Shown here: positions 47,585-55,905 of the stretch, piece by piece
Layout of the letters: each line of letters starts with the position of its first letter
Position numbering within the stretch: the first letter of the stretch is position 1
NCBI GenBank assembly: GCA_963744995.1
Contig: CAVUWA010000011.1
Location: 32,001-96,000, forward strand
Reading direction: 5' to 3'
Length of the DNA: 64,000 nt
Source: Candidatus Eiseniibacteriota bacterium
GTDB taxonomy: Bacteria > Eisenbacteria > RBG-16-71-46
The notes under the pieces: model-generated
What the model saw: only the letters and a program-made list of their open reading frames with translations
Database searches by the model: none
What the model was told of the DNA's origin: nothing
Made by a program: the position numbers and the translations under genes

Positions 47585-48316
47585 CTACTTCATCCAATAG
47601 AGCACCGACGCGACGTGGTCCGTGTCGCCGGCCCGCGGGCCCGCCGAACGCCAGGTCCGGGCCGGGTTGCGGGCCCGGGAATGAGTTCGTGTCGAGTCCT
47701 TCGCGGCGCCGGCCTTCATCGAGTCGCCGGGCACCCGCATCGTGGCGGCGTCCAGGAGCGCGCGGACTTCCTGCGGGCTCACGAACGGCTTGTCCGAGCC
47801 GCGCTGCGCCCGGTCCCTCGCCTCCGACAGGCCGAGCAACCGCGCCGCCGCGACTTCGCCGCCCGCGAGCTTCACGCCACGCGCGGCCTCGGCCTCGGCT
47901 GCGTCCGTTTCACCCATGAGCATGAGCGTGGTCGCGCGATTGAGAATGACGCCCGCCGCCTTCGGCTGCGCATCGAGGGCACGGTCGTAGAACGCGAGAG
48001 CCACGTCGAGATCGCCGCTCACGACCCGCAGGTTGCCCAGGTTGTTGAGCGCGCGGGCGTCACCGGGCGATGCCGAGAGCATCGACACGAACGTCGACTC
48101 CGCGCCCTTGGCGTCACCGGACATGGCGAGCATCACGCCGTACTCGCAGCGGCGATCCGCCGAAGCGGCGGCCGCGGACGGCGTCGCGTCCTTCCCCGCC
48201 ACCGCCTGCGGGGGAGCACCCTGCGCTTCGGCCGTTCCGGCGGCGAGCCACAGTGCCACGACGGCCCACGCGGCGCCGTGCCATCCTCGCCTGTTTCCAA
48301 CGTTTCCCCGGCTCAT
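47585..48316 (-). CDS. Exported TPR protein
   Basis: GAGG RBS; signal peptide ending AEA; TPR motifs ARALNNLGNL, ALAFYDRAL; ends LYWMK. Confidence 0.8.
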   Translation of the reverse strand: MSRGNVGNRRGWHGAAWAVVALWLAAGTAEAQGAPPQAVAGKDATPSAAAASADRRCEYGVMLAMSGDAKGAESTFVSMLSASPGDARALNNLGNLRVVSGDLDVALAFYDRALDAQPKAAGVILNRATTLMLMGETDAAEAEAARGVKLAGGEVAAARLLGLSEARDRAQRGSDKPFVSPQEVRALLDAATMRVPGDSMKAGAAKDSTRTHSRARNPARTWRSAGPRAGDTDHVASVLYWMK

Positions 48317-48323
48317 GATCGCC

Positions 48324-48938
48324 TCATTTCTTCCAGTACATGAACTCGTGGATCCGGCGGGCGGCTTCCGCACGCACTGCGGAATTCCGCATCCGCCCCG
48401 CGGCGGGTCTTCCCGCGCCTTCACCGCCAATTGCCTTCCGCGCCGCGCCTTCGGGCGATGTCCCGGATCCCGCGGCCCGCTGCAGGACATCGATGAGCAG
48501 GAGTCGTGCCGCATCGTCGGCGCCCGCATCGGCGTCGAGATCGAGCAGCGCGAGCGCCGGGGCGAGGCCGCCGGCCTCGTCGAGCCCGCGGGCGAGCGGC
48601 GCGGCGGCGGCCACCGTGTCGCCCCGCACGTATCGCACGAGCCCGAGGTTCAACGCCAGCCCGGCGTCGGCCGGATCCGCGGCGGTCGCCCGCCGCAGCC
48701 AGTGTTCGGCGGCGGCCGGATCGCCCTCGGCGGCGGCCACCACCGCGAGCCCGTTCATGGCGGCGGCCGACGTGGAGTCCGCCGCGTACGCCGCCTCGAG
48801 GCGCGCGTGCGCCTCGTCCCAGCGGCCTGCGAGCGCGTAGACGTGCGCCACTTCCAGCGCGCCGGCGAGCGAAGGGGACGGCGCGCCGAGATCGCCGAAA
48901 CGGCGGCTCATGAAATCACGTTTCCACTCGCTGACCAC
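48324..48938 (-). CDS. TPR region, probably the C-terminal part of the upstream gene split by a 1-nt frameshift
   Basis: TPR motifs AHVYALAGRWDEA, AMNGLAVV, LNLGLVRY; no signal peptide; overlaps the upstream ORF by 23 nt; ends MYWKK. Confidence 0.65.
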   Translation of the reverse strand: MVSEWKRDFMSRRFGDLGAPSPSLAGALEVAHVYALAGRWDEAHARLEAAYAADSTSAAAMNGLAVVAAAEGDPAAAEHWLRRATAADPADAGLALNLGLVRYVRGDTVAAAAPLARGLDEAGGLAPALALLDLDADAGADDAARLLLIDVLQRAAGSGTSPEGAARKAIGGEGAGRPAAGRMRNSAVRAEAARRIHEFMYWKK

Positions 48939-50883
48939 CGTGGCGTCGCGGCGTCAGCCGCTTCCGCAGATCCGCCTCGTCGATGTCCACGTCGGCCCGG
49001 CGCCCCGGCGGCACCACCGGCTCGAAGCGCGCCTGCGCGGCCGCCACGTCGACGAATTGCACGCGCCCGCGGGCCTTCCATCCGGCGTAGGCCTCCGCGC
49101 CGATCTCCCAGGCGCGCGCGAAACCCTGCGCGAGGGCGGTCGTCTCGAGCGGAATCCAGACCTGCTCATCGTCGATCACCAGCAGGTCCGGGTCGATGCC
49201 CAGCGCGATCGCGTTGCGCTCGTGGACGCCGGTGCCGACCAGCAGCGACAGGTGCCCGGGCACGTCGACGAACCGCGTCGGCACGCCGACGTTCTCGAGC
49301 AGGGCCGCCATGAGCACGGTCGTGTCGTCGCAGTCGCCGGTGCGCGTGCGCAGCGTCTCGTACGGGTAGTGCACGGTGTCCACCGCGTTCTCGGTCTCCG
49401 AGATTTCCGTGTACGGATTGTTCGGGTCCGGCACGTAGGCGATGCCTATCGAAGCCAGCGCGTCCGTCATCGCCGCAGCGAAATCCAGGTTCCGGTTGCC
49501 GAAGGGGCGATTCTCCATGCGCACGACGGTGCCGCTGGCGGCGCGTGCGACGGCGTCCACGAGCGGATCGCGCGTGGTCACGAACGCCGCCGCCTGCGCG
49601 ACGCCGTCGCCCCACAGGATCGCGCCCGGCGCGTAGGCCACGCAGCGCGCCGCGGACCTGTCCTCCCGGATCAGACGCCGGCTCTGGTAGCTCGCCTTCA
49701 CCTCCACCTGGACCGGCCGGTCCTCGCTGCGCGCCAGCGCGCGGTCGGTGAACACGGCGGTCATCGGCACTTGCTGCACGGCTTTCGGCCGGAGCAGCAA
49801 GGTCTGCACCGAGGGCGCGTCCATGAGATCCGGAACGAACACGCTGAGTTGCGTCTGCAGCGGCTCGTCCTCGAGGTTGCGCAGCTGGATCGTGCCGAAC
49901 GCATCGTGCGCGTAGCGTTTGAGCTGCGAGGTGAAGATGGCCTCGGCCTCGACGTGTTCGATCCGGACCCGCGACGGATTGAAGTTGAACGCCAGCGCCA
50001 GCGCGAAGTGATCCGTCGCGTCGAGCGAGGGGTGCTCTTCGCGCGCATAGTCGAAGTGGAAGATGCCGGCTTTGAGCCCGATCCCGTAGGACCACGTGCT
50101 GCCCTCGCCGCCACGGGTGTCGTTCTGCACCCCGGCGCGCAACGCGAGCGCGTCGAGCGGGTAGGCCTCGACGCCCAGGTGCCAGCGGTCGTCGAGGTCC
50201 AACGCCACCGTGCCCACCTTCGGCAGCTGGTATGCCGCCGCGGCGCGCAGATTGCGCGGGTAGACCACGCGCGAACCGCGCGTCTCGTCGCGGATCCGGG
50301 TATCGAAGGCGTCCTGGGCCACCAGCGCTCCGCGCAGTCCGTGCCACGGTCCGGCCAGGATCCCGAAGTCCGCCCCCGTGCCCTGGCCTTTCGCGACCTC
50401 GGCGCCGTCCAGCGTGATGCTGCCGTTCAGGTACTTGATGCCGGCGCCGGCCGACAGCCACGGCACGATCCGCAGCCCGTAGGAGAAATCGATCCGGTTC
50501 TCGCCCGCGCCGAGCTCGTCGTCTTCGTAGCCCGAGTGGTACCAGGCGGACGCGGCCACCTGGCGCACCGACAGCGGCAGCACGAACGACACCAGATTGT
50601 CGCGGATGCCGCTGCCGAACAGGTCGGCGTGCGTCGCCGCGACCTCCTGGTGTCCGATCTGCGGGAGCCCGGCCGGATTCCAGAAGGTGGCCGACCCGTC
50701 GTCCGCGACCGCGCTGAATGCGCCTCCCATGGCGATCGCCCGCGGTCCGACCGGCACCTGGTAGCTCTGGGCGCGGGCCGGGCCACACGCCGCGCCGAGC
50801 ATCGCGAGGGCGCACACCGCGACCACGACCGCCGGAGCTCCTCCGCGGGTCGCCCCGCGCCTGTGGTGGCCGGGTGGGAACAT
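48916..50883 (-). CDS. PorV/FadL-like outer-membrane barrel fused to a transglutaminase-like Cys domain (continues into TPRs across an apparent frameshift)
   Basis: Signal peptide; GPRAIAMGGAFSAVADDGSATFWNPAGL plug motif then beta-strands; ETLRTRTGDCDD, PGH, WIPLETT catalytic-triad pattern. Confidence 0.78.
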   Translation of the reverse strand: MFPPGHHRRGATRGGAPAVVVAVCALAMLGAACGPARAQSYQVPVGPRAIAMGGAFSAVADDGSATFWNPAGLPQIGHQEVAATHADLFGSGIRDNLVSFVLPLSVRQVAASAWYHSGYEDDELGAGENRIDFSYGLRIVPWLSAGAGIKYLNGSITLDGAEVAKGQGTGADFGILAGPWHGLRGALVAQDAFDTRIRDETRGSRVVYPRNLRAAAAYQLPKVGTVALDLDDRWHLGVEAYPLDALALRAGVQNDTRGGEGSTWSYGIGLKAGIFHFDYAREEHPSLDATDHFALALAFNFNPSRVRIEHVEAEAIFTSQLKRYAHDAFGTIQLRNLEDEPLQTQLSVFVPDLMDAPSVQTLLLRPKAVQQVPMTAVFTDRALARSEDRPVQVEVKASYQSRRLIREDRSAARCVAYAPGAILWGDGVAQAAAFVTTRDPLVDAVARAASGTVVRMENRPFGNRNLDFAAAMTDALASIGIAYVPDPNNPYTEISETENAVDTVHYPYETLRTRTGDCDDTTVLMAALLENVGVPTRFVDVPGHLSLLVGTGVHERNAIALGIDPDLLVIDDEQVWIPLETTALAQGFARAWEIGAEAYAGWKARGRVQFVDVAAAQARFEPVVPPGRRADVDIDEADLRKRLTPRRHGGQRVET

Positions 50884-50970
50884 GCGCGAAGGGTGCGCAA
50901 TCGCCGACCACGATACAAGCACGATCCACGCTGGTGCGGCCCGCGGGGCCCCGTTATCCTCGCGCACCTC

Positions 50971-52731
50971 ATGGCCCGCCGCCCCCGCGTCACCGCCACG
51001 CGCGCCCTGCGCGAACTCGAACGCCTGCGCGACCGCTTCGGCGCAGACGCCGCGCGCGCGAAGCTCGAATGCATGCGCGTGCTCGGCCGGGCGCGCCTCG
51101 CGCGTGCCGCGGAAATCCTGCGGCTCCACGAGGCGCTGACCTTCGTGCTCGCCTACCCGGACGGACCCGGTGTGCGGCGCGCCGCGGCGCGCGCGCTCGC
51201 CGGTTTCGCGGGGCGCCGCGACCTCGGCGCGCATCGCGACGCGCTCGCCGACTCCGGGATCGCCGGCACCGACATCTGGTTCCGCTTCTTCGAGCCCACC
51301 GCCCGGTGGCTCGCCGAGCGCTGGCCCGCGCACCTCGAGATCGACTGGGAGAACTTCGATCACGCCGACCGGCTCGCGACGTTCCTGCCCGTGCTCGCGC
51401 ATCCGGCCGAACAGCCGGCGCTGGACGAGCTGGACTGGAGCGGGCGGGCGTGGCTCGGGGCCATGAAGTCACCGCGCGAGACCGACGCCGCGTTCCTGGT
51501 GCGCCGCTTCGCCGCAACGCAGCATGACCCGCTGCTGCGCGAGCGCCTGTGGGACGAGCTCGACGTGCCGCTGTGGGTGCGGGCGCGGCCGGCCGGGAAG
51601 CGCCGGGTGCGGCGCACGACGGCGGCGACCGGGCCCGCGCGCACGAACGCGCTCGATGCGCGCGCGCAGGTGACGTTCCGGACGGGCCCGCTCCACCGCG
51701 CCCGGCCGGACCTGGCGCAGGCGCTCGCCGCGCGCCCGGCCGTGCGCGCCGTGCCGCCGCGCGACGGGCGGCGCTACATCGACCTTGCGCGCGTCGCGAT
51801 GATCACCCGGGCCCGTGATCTCGACGCGTTCTCGTGGGCCGATCCGCGCGACGTGCGCCTGGTGGACTTCGGCGACGGTCTCACCTTTGCCTGCGTGGGC
51901 CAGGTCCCGGAGCGCCGGCTGATGTTCGAATCGGTCTACGGCTACCTGACGTTCATGAACGGCGTGCCGACCGGCTACGTGCTGACCGCGTGCCTGTTCG
52001 GCTCCGCCGAGATCGCCTACAACGTGTTCGAGACGTTCCGCGGCGCCGAGGCGGCGCCCGTCTACGGCCGCGTGCTGGCGATGACGCGCCACCTGTTCGG
52101 CGCCGATACGTTCATGGTGCCCCCCTACCAGCTCGGCGACGGCAACGACGAAGCGCAGCGCTCGGGGGCGTGGTGGTTCTACCAGAAGCTGGGCTTCCGC
52201 CCGCGCGACGCGGCGACGCGCCGGCTGATGGGCCGCGAGCTGGCGCGCATGAAGCGCAACCCGCGGCATCGCTCGTCGATCGCCACGCTGGCGAAGCTCG
52301 CGGAGGCGCCGGTCTACTGGAGCGCAGGCCCGGGGCGCCCCGCCGTCATGGGCCGCCTGCCGCTCGGCGCCCTGGGGCTCGCGGCGACGCGGTTGCTGGC
52401 GAAGCGGTTCGGCTCGGCGCGCGAGGAGGGCGCAGCGGCCCTGGTCGACGAAGCCGCGCGCCGCACCGGCCTGCGCTCGATGCGCGGCTGGAGCCGCGCG
52501 GAACGCGCCGCATGGGAGCGCTGGGCGCCGATCGTGGTGCAGCTGCCGGGGCTTGCGCGCTGGAGTTCCGCCGAACGGCGCGCACTCGTGCGGGTCGTGA
52601 AGGCCAAGGGCGGGCGCCGCGAATCCGACTTCGTGCGCGCGTTCGACGCACATCCGAAGCTCGGCAGAGCGCTGCTGCGTCTCGCGCGGCACGGTCGCGG
52701 CGGACCGGGCCCGTCGCGCCCGTTCAGATGA
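50971..52731 (+). CDS. Hypothetical protein with a GNAT-like motif in the C-terminal half
   Basis: 586-aa ORF with normal globular composition; AWWFYQKLGFRP resembles the GNAT AxxFYxKxGF motif; 3' end overlaps the arginase by 8 nt. Confidence 0.7.
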   Translation: MARRPRVTATRALRELERLRDRFGADAARAKLECMRVLGRARLARAAEILRLHEALTFVLAYPDGPGVRRAAARALAGFAGRRDLGAHRDALADSGIAGTDIWFRFFEPTARWLAERWPAHLEIDWENFDHADRLATFLPVLAHPAEQPALDELDWSGRAWLGAMKSPRETDAAFLVRRFAATQHDPLLRERLWDELDVPLWVRARPAGKRRVRRTTAATGPARTNALDARAQVTFRTGPLHRARPDLAQALAARPAVRAVPPRDGRRYIDLARVAMITRARDLDAFSWADPRDVRLVDFGDGLTFACVGQVPERRLMFESVYGYLTFMNGVPTGYVLTACLFGSAEIAYNVFETFRGAEAAPVYGRVLAMTRHLFGADTFMVPPYQLGDGNDEAQRSGAWWFYQKLGFRPRDAATRRLMGRELARMKRNPRHRSSIATLAKLAEAPVYWSAGPGRPAVMGRLPLGALGLAATRLLAKRFGSAREEGAAALVDEAARRTGLRSMRGWSRAERAAWERWAPIVVQLPGLARWSSAERRALVRVVKAKGGRRESDFVRAFDAHPKLGRALLRLARHGRGGPGPSRPFR

Positions 52732-53644
52732 TGCGCTTCCCCATCATGCTCATCACCAGCTCGGCGGCGAGGATCCCGGTCATGTTCTGCGTGTCGAGCA
52801 CCGGGTTCACTTCGACGACGTCGATCGCCACGAGATTCGCGCGCTCGTTGACCAGCTCCATCGCGAGGTGGGCTTCGCGATAGGTGATGCCGCCCCAGAC
52901 CGGCGTGCCGGTGCCGGGCGCGTCTTCGGGATCCACGACGTCGAGATCGAACGACATGTGAATGCCGCTGGTGCCGTCGCTCGCGACCGCGACCGCCTCG
53001 TCCACGACGTCACGCATGCCGCGCTCGTCGATGTCGCGCATCGTGTAGACCCTCGCTCCGCATTCCTTGAGCGTCTGCCGCTCGCCGGGATCCACGTCGC
53101 GCACGCCGATGAGCGCGGTGTTGCGTGCGAGCACCTTGGGACTGCGCGCACCGATGCCGACCAGGTCCGGGTCGCCGAGGCCGAGGTTCACCGCGAGCGA
53201 CATGCCGTGGATGTTCCCGGACGGCGTGCTCTCGGGCGTGTTGGCGTCGCCGTGCGCGTCGAACCAGATCAGTCCGAGCTTCTGCTCCTGCTTCGCGAAG
53301 TAGCCGGTGGAGCCGGCCACCGAGCCGATCGCGATGCTGTGATCACCCCCGAGCACCAGCGGCAGCCGGCCGGCGGCGAGGCTCTTCTCGACCCGCTGGG
53401 CGAGGTCCTCGCAGGTGGCGAGAATGGTGTTCTTGTAGCGCAGTTTGCCGGCGCCGACCTTCTGCGTCTCGGGGATCATCACGTCGAGATCGCCGGCATC
53501 GCTCACCCGGTGGCCGAGATGCTCGAGCCGCTGCTCGAGGTCGGCGATGCGGATGGCCGACGGCCCCATGTCGACGCCGCGCCGGCCCGCGCCGAGGTCG
53601 ATGGGAACGCCGATGATCTCGATGTGCCGCTTGTCGTAGGTCAT
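52724..53644 (-). CDS. rocF: Arginase
   Basis: GVDMGPSAIR, LGGDHSIAIG, WFDAHGD, SGNIHGM, SFDLDVVDP, VEVNP. Confidence 0.95.
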   Translation of the reverse strand: MTYDKRHIEIIGVPIDLGAGRRGVDMGPSAIRIADLEQRLEHLGHRVSDAGDLDVMIPETQKVGAGKLRYKNTILATCEDLAQRVEKSLAAGRLPLVLGGDHSIAIGSVAGSTGYFAKQEQKLGLIWFDAHGDANTPESTPSGNIHGMSLAVNLGLGDPDLVGIGARSPKVLARNTALIGVRDVDPGERQTLKECGARVYTMRDIDERGMRDVVDEAVAVASDGTSGIHMSFDLDVVDPEDAPGTGTPVWGGITYREAHLAMELVNERANLVAIDVVEVNPVLDTQNMTGILAAELVMSMMGKRII

Positions 53645-53790
53645 GAGGCGGGGAGTCTACAGGGCCCGTAGCTCGGCGGGCAATCCGTTCGCGGACAGGC
53701 GATTCCACCGCCGGACGGGTCGCCGTTACCCGCGCCGCCTGAGCGGGGCTCCGTTTGGACATCGCCGGCCGTTGGGGCAAGCTTCCCGCC

Positions 53791-54489
53791 ATGCACTCGA
53801 AGTCCATGCTGCTCGCCGCCGCCTGCGGTCTGTTCCTCGTTGCGGCCCCGCTCGCGCCGGGCGCGCCCCGCGATCCGCTGCGCGACACCCTGCCGCCGCA
53901 GCCGCCGCGATTCGCGCCACCGAAGAAGGGCGTGCTGTTCGCGGACGATTTCAGCGCGGACACGCTGGCCGGATGGACGACCGACCGCCCCGAGGTCTGG
54001 TCGCTGACCCACGGCGTGCTGCGCGGCGACCTGCCGGATCGCAAGCAGGAGCGCTCGCTGATCCGCACCGGCTCGACCGACTGGACCGACTACGCCGTGG
54101 ATCTCGACGTCTGCCTCATGCGCGGCGTGGACAAGGGCGTGGTCGTGCGCCTCGACGGCAGCGACGGCGTCGGCGTGGACATGCGCGGGCCGGGCTATCA
54201 GGACGTTCTGCTGCTGCAGGGATTCCGTCAGCTCGGCCGCGCGTCGTGCGTCAACGACAATGCGCGCTGGCATCATCTGCGCGTCGAGGCGCGTGGTCAC
54301 ACCTATCGCGTGTTCGTCGACGGGAAGAAGCTGCTCCAGGCGCGGGACTCGCGCGCATCGAGCCCGGCCGGCGGGATCGCGCTGCCCGCGTACACGGGCG
54401 GCGCCGGCCAGTGCACGGTGTACTACGACAACGTGATCGTGACCTCGCTCACGCGAGCCCGCGCGTCCGGCAAGGAGGATGGGCCATGA
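53791..54489 (+). CDS. Exported DUF1080/ConA-like beta-sandwich protein
   Basis: Signal peptide; LFADDFS, WTDYAVDLD, WHHLRVEARG, VFVDG, GGIAL, YYDNV. Confidence 0.72.
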   Translation: MHSKSMLLAAACGLFLVAAPLAPGAPRDPLRDTLPPQPPRFAPPKKGVLFADDFSADTLAGWTTDRPEVWSLTHGVLRGDLPDRKQERSLIRTGSTDWTDYAVDLDVCLMRGVDKGVVVRLDGSDGVGVDMRGPGYQDVLLLQGFRQLGRASCVNDNARWHHLRVEARGHTYRVFVDGKKLLQARDSRASSPAGGIALPAYTGGAGQCTVYYDNVIVTSLTRARASGKEDGP

Positions 54490-54609
54490 ACGAAGCACCG
54501 GCCGCGGACGGTTCCCGCCCTCGCCGCGTGGTGAACCGCGAACGTCCGTCCGGGCGTTCGTGAGCCGCATCCGTGCGTGATCCCGCCCGGGCCGCGCGAT
54601 TCGACGTGG

Positions 54610-55893
54610 ATGTCCGCGCCTTCGCCTGAACCCACGGCCGGGGCCGGCCGCACGGGCGCCGGCGGGCGCGACGCCGGCCCGCCGCCCGCGGCCCCGCCGC
54701 ACCGCCGCATTCCGGCCGTGCTGTCGCCGTGGCTCCAGGGCCTCGCGCTCGTGCTGATCGGTCTCTACCTCGTCGCGTTCTACGCCGGCAACGTGCACCT
54801 GCAGTGGGACCTGGCCACGTACCTCGCCGCGGCGCGCACCGCGCTCGCCGGAGCAAATCCCTACGATCCCGTGCAGGTCGCGGCGGTCGCCGGTCACCCG
54901 ATCGCGTTTCCGTTCGTGTATCCGCCGATCGCGCTGCTGCCGTTCCTGGCGCTGGCCGTCCTCCCGGCGCCGGCGGTCCTGTGGCTCGCGCTCAAGCTCG
55001 CGCTGATCGCGGGCCTGGTCCTGCTCTGGCGCTTTGCGTTCCTGCCGCGTACGGGGTGGCTGCCGCTCGCCGCGATCGCGCTGTTCGGCTGGAACGGGGC
55101 GGCGCTCTGGGACCTGCGCGCCGGCAATGTCGCCACGCTGGAGACGGCGTTGCTGTGGAGCGCCTTCGCGTGCTTCGCCACGGAACGCCGCACCGCGTTC
55201 GCCGCGCTCGTGGTGGCGGCCGCTTGCTTCAAGCTGCTGCCCGCCGCGTTCCTGCTGCTGCTGCTGGTGCCGGTCGGGCTGCGCGGCGCCGAACCACGGC
55301 GCCTCGGGTTCGCGCTGGTCCTCCTCGGGCTGCTCGTGCTCGGCGCGTACGCGACCGGGCCGGCCCGCACCTGGGGCGGTTTTCTCGCGCGCGTGCCGGC
55401 GGCCACGATTGCGGGCGAGGCGAATCCCGGTGCGCTGTCGGCGTTCGCGACGGCGGCGACTCTGGCGGGTCGCCATGCCGTGGAGGCCGCGCGGCTCGCC
55501 TGGATCGGCTACGCCGTCTACGCGCTGGCCCTGCTCGCCGCGAGCGCGCCGCATCTCGCCCGCATCTGGCGGACGCGCCGCGCCGCGGACTGGGTGATGA
55601 GCGCCGCGTTCCTCTACGTGCTGCTGTCGCCGCGGCCGATGGCGTACGGCTTCATGCTGCTCGCGCCGGCGCCGCTCTACTTCCGCCCGCGGCCGTTCGA
55701 CGGCGCCGCGGGCCCGCTGCTGCTGGTGCTGGTGCTGTGCGCGCAGGGCTTCATGCGGATCGCGCGCGTGCCGGCGCAATCCTACGTCGCCGTGTACTCG
55801 CCGCTGCTGCTCACGCTCGCGCTCTGGCTGCTGATCGTCTCGGGACGCGAACCCTCGGGCCGCGCCGCCCCCAGCGTACCCGCGCCGGCCTGA
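54610..55893 (+). CDS. GT87-like (DUF2029) membrane glycosyltransferase
   Basis: DLATYLAAA...GANPYD, FVYPP, GNV, FKLLP; multiple TM helices. Confidence 0.8.
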   Translation: MSAPSPEPTAGAGRTGAGGRDAGPPPAAPPHRRIPAVLSPWLQGLALVLIGLYLVAFYAGNVHLQWDLATYLAAARTALAGANPYDPVQVAAVAGHPIAFPFVYPPIALLPFLALAVLPAPAVLWLALKLALIAGLVLLWRFAFLPRTGWLPLAAIALFGWNGAALWDLRAGNVATLETALLWSAFACFATERRTAFAALVVAAACFKLLPAAFLLLLLVPVGLRGAEPRRLGFALVLLGLLVLGAYATGPARTWGGFLARVPAATIAGEANPGALSAFATAATLAGRHAVEAARLAWIGYAVYALALLAASAPHLARIWRTRRAADWVMSAAFLYVLLSPRPMAYGFMLLAPAPLYFRPRPFDGAAGPLLLVLVLCAQGFMRIARVPAQSYVAVYSPLLLTLALWLLIVSGREPSGRAAPSVPAPA

Positions 55894-55905
55894 GGCGCCG
55901 CGCGC

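Noticed and set aside
54486..54563. 25-aa ORF MNEAPAADGSRPRRVVNRERPSGRS overlapping the DUF1080 stop, with AGGAGG upstream
   Set aside because: The RBS-like sequence is explained by Lys-Glu-Asp codons of the upstream gene; no motif and out of frame with the GT87 gene
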